DNA of 64,000 nt from Nitrososphaeria archaeon (GTDB taxonomy: Archaea > Thermoproteota > Nitrososphaeria > Nitrososphaerales > JACAEJ01). The stretch lies in assembly GCA_029775925.1 (NCBI GenBank), contig JARVKB010000012.1:3577-67576 (forward strand), written 5' to 3'. The translations under genes were made by a program, and so were the position numbers. Numbering within the stretch: position 1 is the first letter of the stretch; every line of letters begins with the position of its first letter. The notes beneath the pieces were generated by a model. The model saw only the letters and a program-made list of their open reading frames with translations. It was not told the origin of the DNA and did no database searches. Below, piece after piece: positions 1 to 9,426 of the stretch.

Positions 1-678
1 TCTATATAATACACCTAAAAGTTCTAAAAACATCTGTAAAATCTTTTTCACACTAAATCCAGCATTCAATTTTATATGAACAGGTAGTTCAATCACTTTT
101 AGCTTCAAGTAGTTTGCGATAGCTAGGAGTTCCACATCGAATACATACCTATTTGCAAATTGCAATCTCACTAGTTTTTCCAAAGCTTCTCTTCTAAAAG
201 CTTTAAAACCTGTTTGTGTATCGCTAATTTTTATACTAAAGAACAGTTTTACAAGTGCATAGAAACCTATACTTAAAAACTTCCTAACTAAAGGTGCTTG
301 AACACTAGAATTTTTATGCCATTTCGATCCTATTGCAATATCAGCGGATTTTAATGCATTAAAATAATCTTGAAGATTAATGGGCAATATTTCTCCATCA
401 GTATCTAAAAGGAAGATGATATCACCACTTATATGCTTAAAACCTTCCTTTATCGCAAACCCTTTCCCTTTATTTTCATTATAGCTTACAAGCTTTATTG
501 ATTGATACTTCTTTTTGCACATAATGACTTTATTTTCTGTTTCATCTTCACTACCATCATTAACTACAATAATTTCATAATCCAATCCAATTCTTTTAAG
601 AGCTTTTATTGCCTCCTCTATCGCTTCTTCTATATGCTTTTCCTCGTTGTATGCTGGCATGATCATAGAGAGCTTCAT
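1..678 (-). CDS. Family 2 glycosyltransferase (dolichyl-phosphate-sugar synthase-like); C-terminus runs off the window
   Basis: Absent from the ORF track because it has no stop in the window. Minus-strand translation from ATG at 678 gives MKLSMIMPAYNEEKHIEEAIEEAIKALKRIGLDYEIIVVNDGSEDETENK...IIFLLDTDGE...DTQTGFKAFRREAL, open down to base 1. These are classic GT2 (GT-A) motifs. The ATG overlaps the stop of the upstream gene (ATGA, 675-678). Confidence 0.85.
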   Translation of the reverse strand, partial: MKLSMIMPAYNEEKHIEEAIEEAIKALKRIGLDYEIIVVNDGSEDETENKVIMCKKKYQSIKLVSYNENKGKGFAIKEGFKHISGDIIFLLDTDGEILPINLQDYFNALKSADIAIGSKWHKNSSVQAPLVRKFLSIGFYALVKLFFSIKISDTQTGFKAFRREALEKLVRLQFANRYVFDVELLAIANYLKLKVIELPVHIKLNAGFSVKKILQMFLELLGVLYR

Positions 679-1700
679 TCTTTTAAGCAACTCTCTTTCA
701 GCATTCTCTCAAATATAGGTAAAACTCTTTTAGAGTCATAATCCATTGTAGCATTTCGAAGCATGACACTTGATGAAATAAATTGACTAGGATCTTTTTT
801 CCAATCTTTGTAAAGATTCACTATCTTTTGTGAAAAATCGTATACATCGTTGGCATAAATTAAAGGCAGATTAAGGGATAAGTGGGCTGGGATTCTTGTT
901 GTAAGCACTGGCGTACCACAAGCTAAACTTTCAATGATAACCAAAGGAAAGTTATCTGCTCTTGATGGATAGATGGTAACATGCGCAGAAGAGTACAACT
1001 TGGCCAATTCATGATCATTAGTTACATAGCCTAATCCTTTTACATCGTTTAGCTTTTCTCTTCCACCAACCCAAATGAACTCAACATCATTGTATTTATT
1101 TCTAATTAAATTAGCTAATGTTAGGAATGTATCCCAACCTTTTTGCCACGAGGGCCTGCCCACATATAGTACTGTGAATTTGTCACATTTGTTTTTTAAT
1201 GGCTTATACACATTTGTATCTACAAAGTTTGGTATGTAGTAGACCTTTCTATGCCTTACTTTGATAGCCTTATTCATTATATGGATTGCATCATAAACGG
1301 ATAGATCGACTATACCTATCGCCTTATACGTTAAGCGTGAAAGTATAGCTGGTAGGCCATAATTTAAGGGTGGTATTTTAGGCATAAAGTATACATTCGA
1401 ATGAATGCCAGCAACCTTCTTGGATTTACAGCGAAAGAAAATATATCCAAAAGGATTGTAAAACATATATGAGATATCTGAATGGACAGAATGATGCCAA
1501 CTTTCATGGTAAGATATTCCATTTAAAATTTCTTTTAAATCGCCAAGACCGATTACCTTCCTGCTATGGGGAGTGTATGGTAGTGCATAAATTTCTACTT
1601 GATGCCCCTTGCTGCTAAGATATTTAGCGACTGTCCATGCCCATTTCTCACCTCCTCCTCCAAAAGTTAAGCTAATATGAAGACATAGAGCAATTTTCAA
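675..1700 (-). CDS. Family 1/4 (GT-B fold) glycosyltransferase
   Basis: 341 aa. Glycine-rich N-terminus MKIALCLHISLTFGGGGEKWA and C-terminal IYPSRADNFPLVIIESLACGTPVLTT (E-x7-E region of GT1/GT4). The TTG start overlaps the stop of the upstream gene (TTGA, 1697-1700). Confidence 0.8.
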   Translation of the reverse strand: MKIALCLHISLTFGGGGEKWAWTVAKYLSSKGHQVEIYALPYTPHSRKVIGLGDLKEILNGISYHESWHHSVHSDISYMFYNPFGYIFFRCKSKKVAGIHSNVYFMPKIPPLNYGLPAILSRLTYKAIGIVDLSVYDAIHIMNKAIKVRHRKVYYIPNFVDTNVYKPLKNKCDKFTVLYVGRPSWQKGWDTFLTLANLIRNKYNDVEFIWVGGREKLNDVKGLGYVTNDHELAKLYSSAHVTIYPSRADNFPLVIIESLACGTPVLTTRIPAHLSLNLPLIYANDVYDFSQKIVNLYKDWKKDPSQFISSSVMLRNATMDYDSKRVLPIFERMLKESCLKE

Positions 1701-3733
1701 TCATAATCGCCCCATGGAATAGCTTCAATCCCTTTAACCATAATGTAATCCAAGTAAACATCAGCTTTAGCGTAAAAATCAAACCCACGAAACTCCATGC
1801 TTGAAGGTTCTTTTAACTCAAAATAAAATGTTAAATTCTGCCAAGTCATTGGTTTTGTAAAATTTGAACCATATACTAAAGCATAACCTGATTGTTTCTT
1901 GAGATCAAAGGCAAATGCATCAAGGGACATGATGTATTCCTCTACAGGCTTATCGATCATCATACAGAAGGTAATAGAGTAATTGCCAGGTGGCAAGAGT
2001 GTATATGGGCCATACCAGAACGTAGTTCCATTGATATAACTAGAATCACGGTAAAGTACATACCCTGACTTTGAATTCTGATAAATAACGACTTTTCCGT
2101 CTTGTAAATGCAAATCCTTGTGATCATAAGTTTCCATGAAGTTAAATATAAGTGGACAGCCATCATAATCAAGCTTAAATAAATATATCCCATCGTTAAT
2201 TGCCAAAAAGCCATACGGTAATCTTTCTTTATACAATGTCTTGTAAATTAACTCAGCAACAGCTAGACTTCCTTTATCCTTTGCTTTTAAATCTACGATT
2301 ATATATTCTGGCTTCTTATCTAATACATTATTCAACATTTCTACAGAAATTGAAGAAAATCCTTCCCAAGTTGGCGATGGTATTGTATATGCTTCAAATC
2401 TACTTGATAAATGAGGGAAGATGTTATTTTGAGTTAATACCGATGCATTATTTGGAACCAAGCTTAGAATATTTTTTAATGAAGCGTTATGTTGATTATC
2501 AAAATTCATTATCGGGGAATAAATTAATGCTCCTAAAATTATTGTTATGATCGATACAATTAAAACTGAGATTTGAATAAGTATAATAAATTTCTTGGTA
2601 AATAATGCTGAGCCATTATCAATTAAATCCTTAATTCCAAAGATCGTTGCTAGGAATAAAAATGGGATAATGAAGCTAGAGTAATGCGTCCAAATTACAT
2701 AATGTGGTTCGAAATTAGATAGCATCGCAGCTAAGAGCCAAGGTAAAGCTGGTAAAAAATATAATGGCTTCAGAAGTGCTATGAATAAAAGAGGAGCAAA
2801 TATCATCAAAAGATAAATAGATTTATAACCCCAATCGTATGTAAGAGCGTTCCATACTGCTATAGGATCTTGCAATACTCTAATAGGTACTTGCTCTAAG
2901 CTTTCTGCACCTAAAACTCTCCAACTTTTAACGATACCTTCTGCACTATGTCCTAGCATAGTTTGAAAGTTTCGAGCTAATAAAAACCATATAATTGCCA
3001 GGGCAATGGTTATAATTGAGAAATAAAAAGTGTTTTTATCATAATTTTTATTTCTTTTCCAGAGCAATAAAATGGAAATCCCAAAGAAAAGTAATGGTAT
3101 GGCCGCATACTCTATGCTAATTAACGTGAGCATCATAAAGGCAATATATAATTTCCAGCTTCTTTTAAAAAAGAAATAAATCGAAAATAAGGCAAAGGTC
3201 ATAAAGAAGTCTTCTAGATGGAACCATTCAACGCTTACTCCTATTACTAAAGGGTTGAGTAAGTATGTGAAAGCCAGAATTGTTGCATATTTATCATTTT
3301 TAATTATTAATCCTGCAAGCTTGTATACAGCTAATGCACCTATTGCTATAACTGTTGAGTGTATTAAAAAAAGAGTTTCAACACCAGGATAAATAGCATA
3401 AAAAGGGAGGATTATAATTAATATTGGAGCAAAATGAGTTGCAAGAAAGTTGTTATCAGTACTTATGAAAGGTTCTAATGTATAGTAGAAGGGCTTGCCG
3501 TTGATCGTACTCCAAAGAACTTGATTGAATATTCCAGTATCCCATGCATAAGTAGAAAATGCATAATGAGTGAATGATAGGAAGATTGAGAATATAATAA
3601 TATAAACGATCATCCATACGAGCAATATCCTTGGTGCACTCTTTAGCATGGATTTAACGAATTTTAGTATTTTGTATACAAATTTTCTCAAATAGACTTG
3701 CAATTTTCCATTACCTCGATTTATTATTAACAC
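1697..3733 (-). CDS. Polytopic membrane protein, DUF2079-like (putative GT-C-type glycosyltransferase) with an extra C-terminal soluble domain
   Basis: 678 aa with many hydrophobic segments. Conserved block YAWDTGIFNQVLWSTINGKPFYYTLEP...NFLATHFAPILIIILPFYAIYP. The last ~165 aa (ETYDHKDL...WGDYD) are non-membrane and absent from the paralog at 4178-5722. GTG start. Confidence 0.6.
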   Translation of the reverse strand: MLIINRGNGKLQVYLRKFVYKILKFVKSMLKSAPRILLVWMIVYIIIFSIFLSFTHYAFSTYAWDTGIFNQVLWSTINGKPFYYTLEPFISTDNNFLATHFAPILIIILPFYAIYPGVETLFLIHSTVIAIGALAVYKLAGLIIKNDKYATILAFTYLLNPLVIGVSVEWFHLEDFFMTFALFSIYFFFKRSWKLYIAFMMLTLISIEYAAIPLLFFGISILLLWKRNKNYDKNTFYFSIITIALAIIWFLLARNFQTMLGHSAEGIVKSWRVLGAESLEQVPIRVLQDPIAVWNALTYDWGYKSIYLLMIFAPLLFIALLKPLYFLPALPWLLAAMLSNFEPHYVIWTHYSSFIIPFLFLATIFGIKDLIDNGSALFTKKFIILIQISVLIVSIITIILGALIYSPIMNFDNQHNASLKNILSLVPNNASVLTQNNIFPHLSSRFEAYTIPSPTWEGFSSISVEMLNNVLDKKPEYIIVDLKAKDKGSLAVAELIYKTLYKERLPYGFLAINDGIYLFKLDYDGCPLIFNFMETYDHKDLHLQDGKVVIYQNSKSGYVLYRDSSYINGTTFWYGPYTLLPPGNYSITFCMMIDKPVEEYIMSLDAFAFDLKKQSGYALVYGSNFTKPMTWQNLTFYFELKEPSSMEFRGFDFYAKADVYLDYIMVKGIEAIPWGDYD
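2282..2427. repeat. 146-nt segment 100 percent identical to 4310-4455 (inside the paralogous genes)
   Basis: Base-by-base comparison: tgcttttaaatctacgattatatattctgg...gagggaagatgttat is identical in both copies. Near-identity with about 6 mismatches continues to 2475/4503. The identical antisense shadow peptides in the ORF track (2200-2550 and 4294-4539) confirm it. Confidence 0.95.
3396..3456. repeat. 61-nt segment 100 percent identical to 5427-5487 (inside the paralogous genes)
   Basis: gcataaaaagggaggattataattaatattggagcaaaatgagttgcaagaaagttgttat is present in both. A further identical 24-mer (gaaaggttctaatgtatagtagaa) follows after a short diverged gap. Confidence 0.95.
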
Positions 3734-4177
3734 ATTCTAAACAATTCTTTATCCTTTTTATTCTAAAAGGAGGTAAGCGAGCTATCGTTTTTTTATCATT
3801 ACCCCTTTGCATGTTAAGAAGAGAAAGAGAGAGATTTAATAACTTTATTTTCACATGTTAATAATTATTTAAACAATTATCTTTTTATGTCAAGATGTTA
3901 GACTATGAAGAATTACAGAAGCTAGGAGTAAACTTCGGAAGAGAATTTGAGAATAAAATATATCATTAGCACTTTTTGTTTTCTTCATTTGCTTGGTACT
4001 TAGCAAGAAAATAGTGTATTGGTTTAAATTTTTTAAGTTCAAAGAATAATGATGCATTTTGAGAAGGATACTCAGCAATTTAAGAGTTTGGCTTATGAGT
4101 GAAATAAAATTGTCTAAATTTTTAATGAGGAATCGTTATAATCATGCTTTTAGCAATTAAAGCCTTTGCTATAAAAT

Positions 4178-5722
4178 TCAAAAGTTTCTATGATTCAGCC
4201 TGAAAAGATAAATTCCATCACGCTCTACTATCAAAGAATATTGTGAAAATTCTAGCCTTGACAAAGTCGAAAGTATCAGCTCTCCCATAGCTCTTGAATG
4301 TTGGTTATCTGCTTTTAAATCTACGATTATATATTCTGGCTTCTTATCTAATACATTATTCAACATTTCTACAGAAATTGAAGAAAATCCTTCCCAAGTT
4401 GGCGATGGTATTGTATATGCTTCAAATCTACTTGATAAATGAGGGAAGATGTTATCCTGAGCAAGTACCGATGCATTATTTGGAACCAAGCTTAGAATAT
4501 CATAAATATTTGATACATGTTGTAAATCTGCTCCTGTAAAATGATATATCGTCCTAATCCTTAGGATATCAAATAATAAAGATAATATTGTAATTGTAAG
4601 TATAGCTATAATTAATAACTTCTTCGATTTAGCTCTCTTTATACTCTTAGCAATCTTTCTAAAACCATAAATTGTTGCTAGAAAAATAAACGGGGCTATA
4701 AATGCTGGATAATGTGAAGAAATAACGTAATAAGCTGGATAATTAGAGAATAAGGAGATCATGATCCATGGTAAAATAGGTAACAAGTATGTTGGTTTTA
4801 ATAAAGGTAGAAAGAGTACTGGCATGAATATCATCAATAAATACCATAATTTGTAAAAAGAATCGTAAGACAGAGCTTCTAGAGCAAGAACAGGATTTTC
4901 AAGCACTTTCAATGGTACTTCGAAGATGCTATTCGCTCCTAAAATCCTCCATTCTTGATGAATGTTAAGTCTAATTAGGCCTAAAGCTATCTGTATGTTT
5001 TGAACTAGTATAAAATACAGCAAAGAGAAAATAATCGTTATTAACGGTATTGAAAATTTAACATTATAACTGAAATCTCCCCATTTATTTATCATCACTA
5101 GCATAGCAATCCCAAAAAAAATCAAAGGTATTGCTGCATATTCTATAGTCATTAAAGTCAAGTTTAGGCTGATAAAATATTTCCAATAATCTTTTTTAAC
5201 AAAAAAGTAAATTGTGAACATCATAAATGTCATAAAAAGGTCTTCTAAGTGGAAAGAAGAAAGAGCTTGGCCTACGATTAAAGGGTTTAAAAGATACAGG
5301 AAAGAAAATATTAATGCCTGACTCTTATTTTTTAGCAAAAAGTAAGATAGCTTATAAGCGGCCACTCCTCCTAAAGATATGATTGCTGAGTGAATAATAA
5401 GGAGTGTTTCTGGTTTAGGGTAAAGCGCATAAAAAGGGAGGATTATAATTAATATTGGAGCAAAATGAGTTGCAAGAAAGTTGTTATATTGTGACCAGAA
5501 AGGTTCTAATGTATAGTAGAATGGTTCGCCATGAAGAGTTGACCATAAAACCTGATTAAATAAACCTAGATCCCATGCATAAGTGTTAAATATGTAATGA
5601 TTTTGGGCTAAAAAAATAGAGAAGAAAGCAACAAATAGAAAAATAGAAACGAGCAACTCTAAAGGAAGGATTTTCAGTAAAAAGATATTACGCTTAAAGA
5701 GAACCATCCATCGAAAAAGCAT
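4178..5722 (-). CDS. Polytopic membrane protein, DUF2079-like paralog (putative GT-C-type glycosyltransferase)
   Basis: 514 aa. Same architecture and blocks as 1697-3733 (YAWDLGLFNQVLWSTLHGEPFYYTLEP, FLATHFAPILIIILPFYALYP, NASVL.Q.NIFPHLSSRFEAYTIPSPTWEGFSSISVEMLNNVLDKKPEYIIVDLKA) but lacks the C-terminal soluble domain. Confidence 0.6.
   Translation of the reverse strand: MLFRWMVLFKRNIFLLKILPLELLVSIFLFVAFFSIFLAQNHYIFNTYAWDLGLFNQVLWSTLHGEPFYYTLEPFWSQYNNFLATHFAPILIIILPFYALYPKPETLLIIHSAIISLGGVAAYKLSYFLLKNKSQALIFSFLYLLNPLIVGQALSSFHLEDLFMTFMMFTIYFFVKKDYWKYFISLNLTLMTIEYAAIPLIFFGIAMLVMINKWGDFSYNVKFSIPLITIIFSLLYFILVQNIQIALGLIRLNIHQEWRILGANSIFEVPLKVLENPVLALEALSYDSFYKLWYLLMIFMPVLFLPLLKPTYLLPILPWIMISLFSNYPAYYVISSHYPAFIAPFIFLATIYGFRKIAKSIKRAKSKKLLIIAILTITILSLLFDILRIRTIYHFTGADLQHVSNIYDILSLVPNNASVLAQDNIFPHLSSRFEAYTIPSPTWEGFSSISVEMLNNVLDKKPEYIIVDLKADNQHSRAMGELILSTLSRLEFSQYSLIVERDGIYLFRLNHRNF
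4310..4455. repeat. 146-nt segment 100 percent identical to 2282-2427
   Basis: See the partner copy at 2282-2427. Confidence 0.95.
5427..5487. repeat. 61-nt segment 100 percent identical to 3396-3456
   Basis: See the partner copy at 3396-3456. Confidence 0.95.
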
Positions 5723-5836
5723 CTTAGCTATTTTTAAATTTTTTCTGATAATTTTGCGTACTTGACTTTTATTTAATGATTAATTTTTATGTATTGAGAA
5801 ATAGTAATATGCAGAAATTTAGTATAAGTATAAAAC

Positions 5837-6004
5837 TCATATACTTATCCAATTCTGCCCTGGCTTTCTTTTTAATGAAAATCTTTTTACAAACTTTCTT
5901 CTATTGCCCATTTTAGGTATAGGAGCAGTCCTTGGTCTAGCGACTAACTTTGGAGTTGCACTTCTAACTTTTCCTGCTTTTGTGAGCGATCCATGTGTTG
6001 GCAT
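5837..6004 (-). CDS. rps30e: Ribosomal protein eS30 (S30e)
   Basis: Below the ORF-track size cutoff. Hand translation gives MPTHGSLTKAGKVRSATPKLVARPRTAPIPKMGNRRKFVKRFSLKRKPGQNWISI*. The HGSLxxAGKVRxxTPK core is the eS30 signature. Confidence 0.85.
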   Translation of the reverse strand: MPTHGSLTKAGKVRSATPKLVARPRTAPIPKMGNRRKFVKRFSLKRKPGQNWISI

Positions 6005-6069
6005 TTATCATATCATCCTCCTTCAAAGGATATTTAAAAATAGTAATTTATAACTGTTAAGCTTTAAAA

Positions 6070-6891
6070 TTAAAACATAACTCTTTTACCAGAATGATCT
6101 CTTTTAAATAAGCCAAATTCATCTTTAACTTCTTTCAGCATTTGAAAGTCAAATACTGGTCCATCCTTGCATACATTATACTTGCCTATGCAGCAGCTCC
6201 CGCATATGCCTATTCCACACTTCATCACTCTCTCTAAGCTTGCTTGAATAGGAATGTTAAATTCTTGAGCCATATCGAAGACTTTTTTCATCATCAACTC
6301 TGGGCCGCATGTATAAATCATATCGAACCTCTTCTCTTTTAATATTGGTAGAATTGCATCTGTCACTAATCCCTTTATACCATAACTACCATCTTCAGTA
6401 GTCACTACTATCTTACTCTCAGTTTTTGATAGAATTTCTTTAATCTTGTTCATAAATATGAATTCCTCTACGGTCTTTCCTCCTACTATCATGTCTATTG
6501 AAGCCGATTTATCTGTAAGAATATCCAGCAATGGCATCAAAGGTGCAAGTCCTGTTCCAGCTCCCACTATCATAACTTTGCCTATTATAGGATTGAAACT
6601 ATTTCCATAAGGCCCTCTTATTCCAATCATGCTATTAACCTTCATGTTGAATAAAGCGTTAGATGCTTCCCCTACTTTTCTCACCGTCAATCCAGCTAGA
6701 CCATCTTTCATCATAGATACGCTCATAGGAATCTCACCCACGCCTGGTATCCATACCATAATGAATTGACCGGGCTTAGCCTTTGAGCAAAGATCATCCT
6801 TAAATATTAAAGAGCGGACTGTTGGCGATTCATCGATCACTTTCAAAACTTTTACTATTCTTGGCTTATTAAAAATCATGGGAAAGGCCAA
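6070..6891 (-). CDS. pyrK: Dihydroorotate dehydrogenase (class 1B) electron-transfer subunit
   Basis: 273 aa with ferredoxin-reductase-like layout. C-terminal 2Fe-2S motif MKCGIGICGSCCIGKYNVCKDGPVF. Directly downstream of and overlapping pyrD (6869-6891). Confidence 0.85.
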   Translation of the reverse strand: MAFPMIFNKPRIVKVLKVIDESPTVRSLIFKDDLCSKAKPGQFIMVWIPGVGEIPMSVSMMKDGLAGLTVRKVGEASNALFNMKVNSMIGIRGPYGNSFNPIIGKVMIVGAGTGLAPLMPLLDILTDKSASIDMIVGGKTVEEFIFMNKIKEILSKTESKIVVTTEDGSYGIKGLVTDAILPILKEKRFDMIYTCGPELMMKKVFDMAQEFNIPIQASLERVMKCGIGICGSCCIGKYNVCKDGPVFDFQMLKEVKDEFGLFKRDHSGKRVMF

Positions 6892-7786
6892 CTATATCTC
6901 TCACGCTCTTTTTTCCTTTAATAATTAAATAGTCCCTAATTCCTTTTTTTATCTTCTCGAATATGCTTAATCCTTCATAAGCAATCGCTGTTCCTATCTG
7001 TACTGCCCTTGCTCCTGCCAAGAAAAATTCTATTACATCTTGCCAATTCATAATTCCTCCACAGCCTATGACAGGGATTTTTACTTCTTTTGAGACTTCG
7101 TAAACACATCTAACAGCAATAGGCTTTATGGCTGGTCCTGATAATCCTCCAATTTTATTTGCTAAGATAGGTCTAAAAGTCTCTATGTCTATGCTCATGG
7201 CTCTTATTGTATTTATAACAGTTAGAGCGTCTGCACCAGAATTCTCTGCAACCTTTGCTATCTCCACTATATCTTTAACATTAGGGGATAACTTCACAAA
7301 CACTGGTTTCTTTGTCTCTTCTTTTACAGATTCTATAATCCTTCTAACTGCTTTAGGATCTTGACCAACTTCATTACCAAAACCCATTACATGAGGGCAA
7401 GATAAATTCAACTCATAAGCCTTTATATTCAACTTATCGAGAAGAGATGTCATGTATCTAAATTCAGATTTTTTAGATCCAAACAAACTCACTATTAATG
7501 GTAGATCATCGATCTTTGATTCTAATAGCTCATTATAAAACTCTCTTATCCCTGGGTTTGACAAGCCTATAGCATTCAAGTATCCTCCATGAACTTCCAC
7601 TAATGTTGGATTCTCATAACCCGCTCTTGGTTCATAACCAATAGATTTTGTTACCACTGCTCCTGCACCAGCCTCAAATACCTTCCTTAAAGATGCTATG
7701 GTTGTGCCAAGTATCCCCGATGCTAGCATTAATGGATTCCCCATCTTAAATCCTGATATTTCTATTGAAAGGTCTGGCTCTTGCAT
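6869..7786 (-). CDS. pyrD: Dihydroorotate dehydrogenase catalytic subunit (class 1B)
   Basis: Motifs GNPLMLASGILG, NAIGLSNPG, ELNLSCPHV, GLSGPAIKPIA, IGCGGI. The track ORF extends to 7960, but the extra 58 aa are hydrophobic junk. ATG at 7786 (MQEPDLSIEISGFKM) gives the normal ~305-aa protein. Confidence 0.85.
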   Translation of the reverse strand: MQEPDLSIEISGFKMGNPLMLASGILGTTIASLRKVFEAGAGAVVTKSIGYEPRAGYENPTLVEVHGGYLNAIGLSNPGIREFYNELLESKIDDLPLIVSLFGSKKSEFRYMTSLLDKLNIKAYELNLSCPHVMGFGNEVGQDPKAVRRIIESVKEETKKPVFVKLSPNVKDIVEIAKVAENSGADALTVINTIRAMSIDIETFRPILANKIGGLSGPAIKPIAVRCVYEVSKEVKIPVIGCGGIMNWQDVIEFFLAGARAVQIGTAIAYEGLSIFEKIKKGIRDYLIIKGKKSVRDIVGLSHDF

Positions 7787-8149
7787 TTGGCTCTCTAGAT
7801 AAATCAAATAGTCCTTTAAGAGGTTTTGCCTCATTAGGTAAAAGATTATTTTAAATAAACTTTGGTAAGCTATCCTATTTGGAACAAGATTCATCAAAAA
7901 TAATGCAGAAGAGTGGTATATATGGAGTGGATAAGAGAAAGCACCTAGAAATATTCCCATAAAGATAACATTCTCTTAAAACCTTTTAGACTGCTCAAAA
8001 TTAACTAGAAAAGACAGAGTAATGGTAAATTAAAAGCATATTTCAAGATAAGAGTAATTTGTATTGAAGTAGTTTAGATATGAAGCTTGCAGAAGTAAAA
8101 GGATTGTTAATATGATAATTTAATAAAATTAAATTTATACAGTAAGGTT

Positions 8150-8734
8150 ATGAGAATCCATATCGAAAAGAAGGGTATCAGGGCTTTAGGGGTAGCTGAG
8201 AGCTTCAAAAAGGGTCAGAGTAAAAGGTCGGTACTTGCAGGTATAGTTATGAGAAGTGACATGATCATCGATGGCTTCATCTTTGGAAGTGCAGAAATAG
8301 GAGGTGACGATGCAACGGATGAGATTGTAAATATGTTCCAAAGGCTAAAAAGGAATGATATTAACATAATCATGTTAGGAGGGAGTGTAATAAGCATGTA
8401 TAATATCATCGATATAGACTCTTTAGGATTGAAGACAAACACACCTGTTATAAGCGTAACATTTGAAGAATCCAAGGGGCTTGAACAGCATATAAAGCAT
8501 CACTTCCCAAATTCTTGGGAAAAGAAATTATCAGCCTATAATAAGCTTGGTGTAAGGGATGCCATTAAACTCCATACAAATTATACAGTTTATATTAGAA
8601 CTTATGGTATATCTTCAGAAGTTTCTAAAAGAATATTGGATAAATTCACTATTCAAGGTGCTATACCAGAACCTATAAGGTTGGCAAGGCTATTGGCTAG
8701 GGCGAAGATCGCCTCAGATTTTATGATGATTTAG
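8150..8734 (+). CDS. DUF99/UPF0215 family protein (endonuclease V-like fold)
   Basis: 194 aa. N-terminal KKGIRALGVAESFKKG...LAGIVMRSDMIIDGF...GGDDATDEI resembles the archaeal UPF0215 family as I recall it. Confidence 0.55.
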   Translation: MRIHIEKKGIRALGVAESFKKGQSKRSVLAGIVMRSDMIIDGFIFGSAEIGGDDATDEIVNMFQRLKRNDINIIMLGGSVISMYNIIDIDSLGLKTNTPVISVTFEESKGLEQHIKHHFPNSWEKKLSAYNKLGVRDAIKLHTNYTVYIRTYGISSEVSKRILDKFTIQGAIPEPIRLARLLARAKIASDFMMI

Positions 8735-9420
8735 TTTTGATCGATCGATCGCTTCATTAAGATCATGGCTTCACTTAATGACTTGACAGTATAATCAGGC
8801 GATAATTCTATCAATTTATCAATATAATTGGTGCATCTTTCTATTTTTATAAAGCGTATCTTTGCATCTTTAGCAGCAATTAAGTCGTTGATACTATTCC
8901 CTACATAAACTGCATTTTCAATAGGCACATTAATTATTTTCAAAGCTAACTTTATACAATCTCCATAAGGTTTTAGCTTATCGACTTCGTCCCTTGTTAC
9001 TATAACATCAAAATCATGTTCTAATCCATGATTTTTTAAAGCTAGTTCAACAGCCTTTTTCCCGCTGTTAGTAACCAAGCCTTTTTTAATTCCTTTTTCT
9101 GAAAGGAAATTCATGATAGTTTTTGTTCCTTCTAATAATTTAGAATTCTTAACAGCCTCTATCTCAAATTCGTCTATGATCGACCAAATCTTATTCTTAA
9201 TCTCTGATAATTTTAAATTCAAAGATCTCTCTTTTATTTGTCCTTCGACCTTTTCCAAGATAGTTTGGGCACCATCACGTAAAGAAAAAATCGATGTCTC
9301 AAAACCTAACTCTTTCAAAAGCTTTAAAATAACCATGCGTGATTCTTCATATTTAAAATCAAGATCTATTATAGTACCATCGAAATCAAAAAGAACTGCC
9401 TTTAAATTCATACCTTTCAA
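8731..9420 (-). CDS. HAD-superfamily hydrolase (phosphatase, subfamily IA)
   Basis: Motif I LFDFDGTIIDL, motif II VTNSG, motif IV YVGNSINDLIAAKDA. Confidence 0.75.
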   Translation of the reverse strand: MKGMNLKAVLFDFDGTIIDLDFKYEESRMVILKLLKELGFETSIFSLRDGAQTILEKVEGQIKERSLNLKLSEIKNKIWSIIDEFEIEAVKNSKLLEGTKTIMNFLSEKGIKKGLVTNSGKKAVELALKNHGLEHDFDVIVTRDEVDKLKPYGDCIKLALKIINVPIENAVYVGNSINDLIAAKDAKIRFIKIERCTNYIDKLIELSPDYTVKSLSEAMILMKRSIDQN

Positions 9421-9426
9421 TTTCGA

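Noticed and set aside
3734-4177. Small ORFs (24-62 aa) between the two DUF2079 genes, including 3890-4078
   Set aside because: Low-complexity peptides with no motifs. The region is probably the promoter of the downstream operon plus the terminator of the upstream paralog.
7787-7960. 58-codon N-terminal extension of pyrD in the track ORF
   Set aside because: The extension (MGIFLGAFSYPLHIYHSSALFLMNLV...) has no counterpart in PyrD. ATG at 7786 gives the normal N-terminus just before the GNPLMLASG motif.
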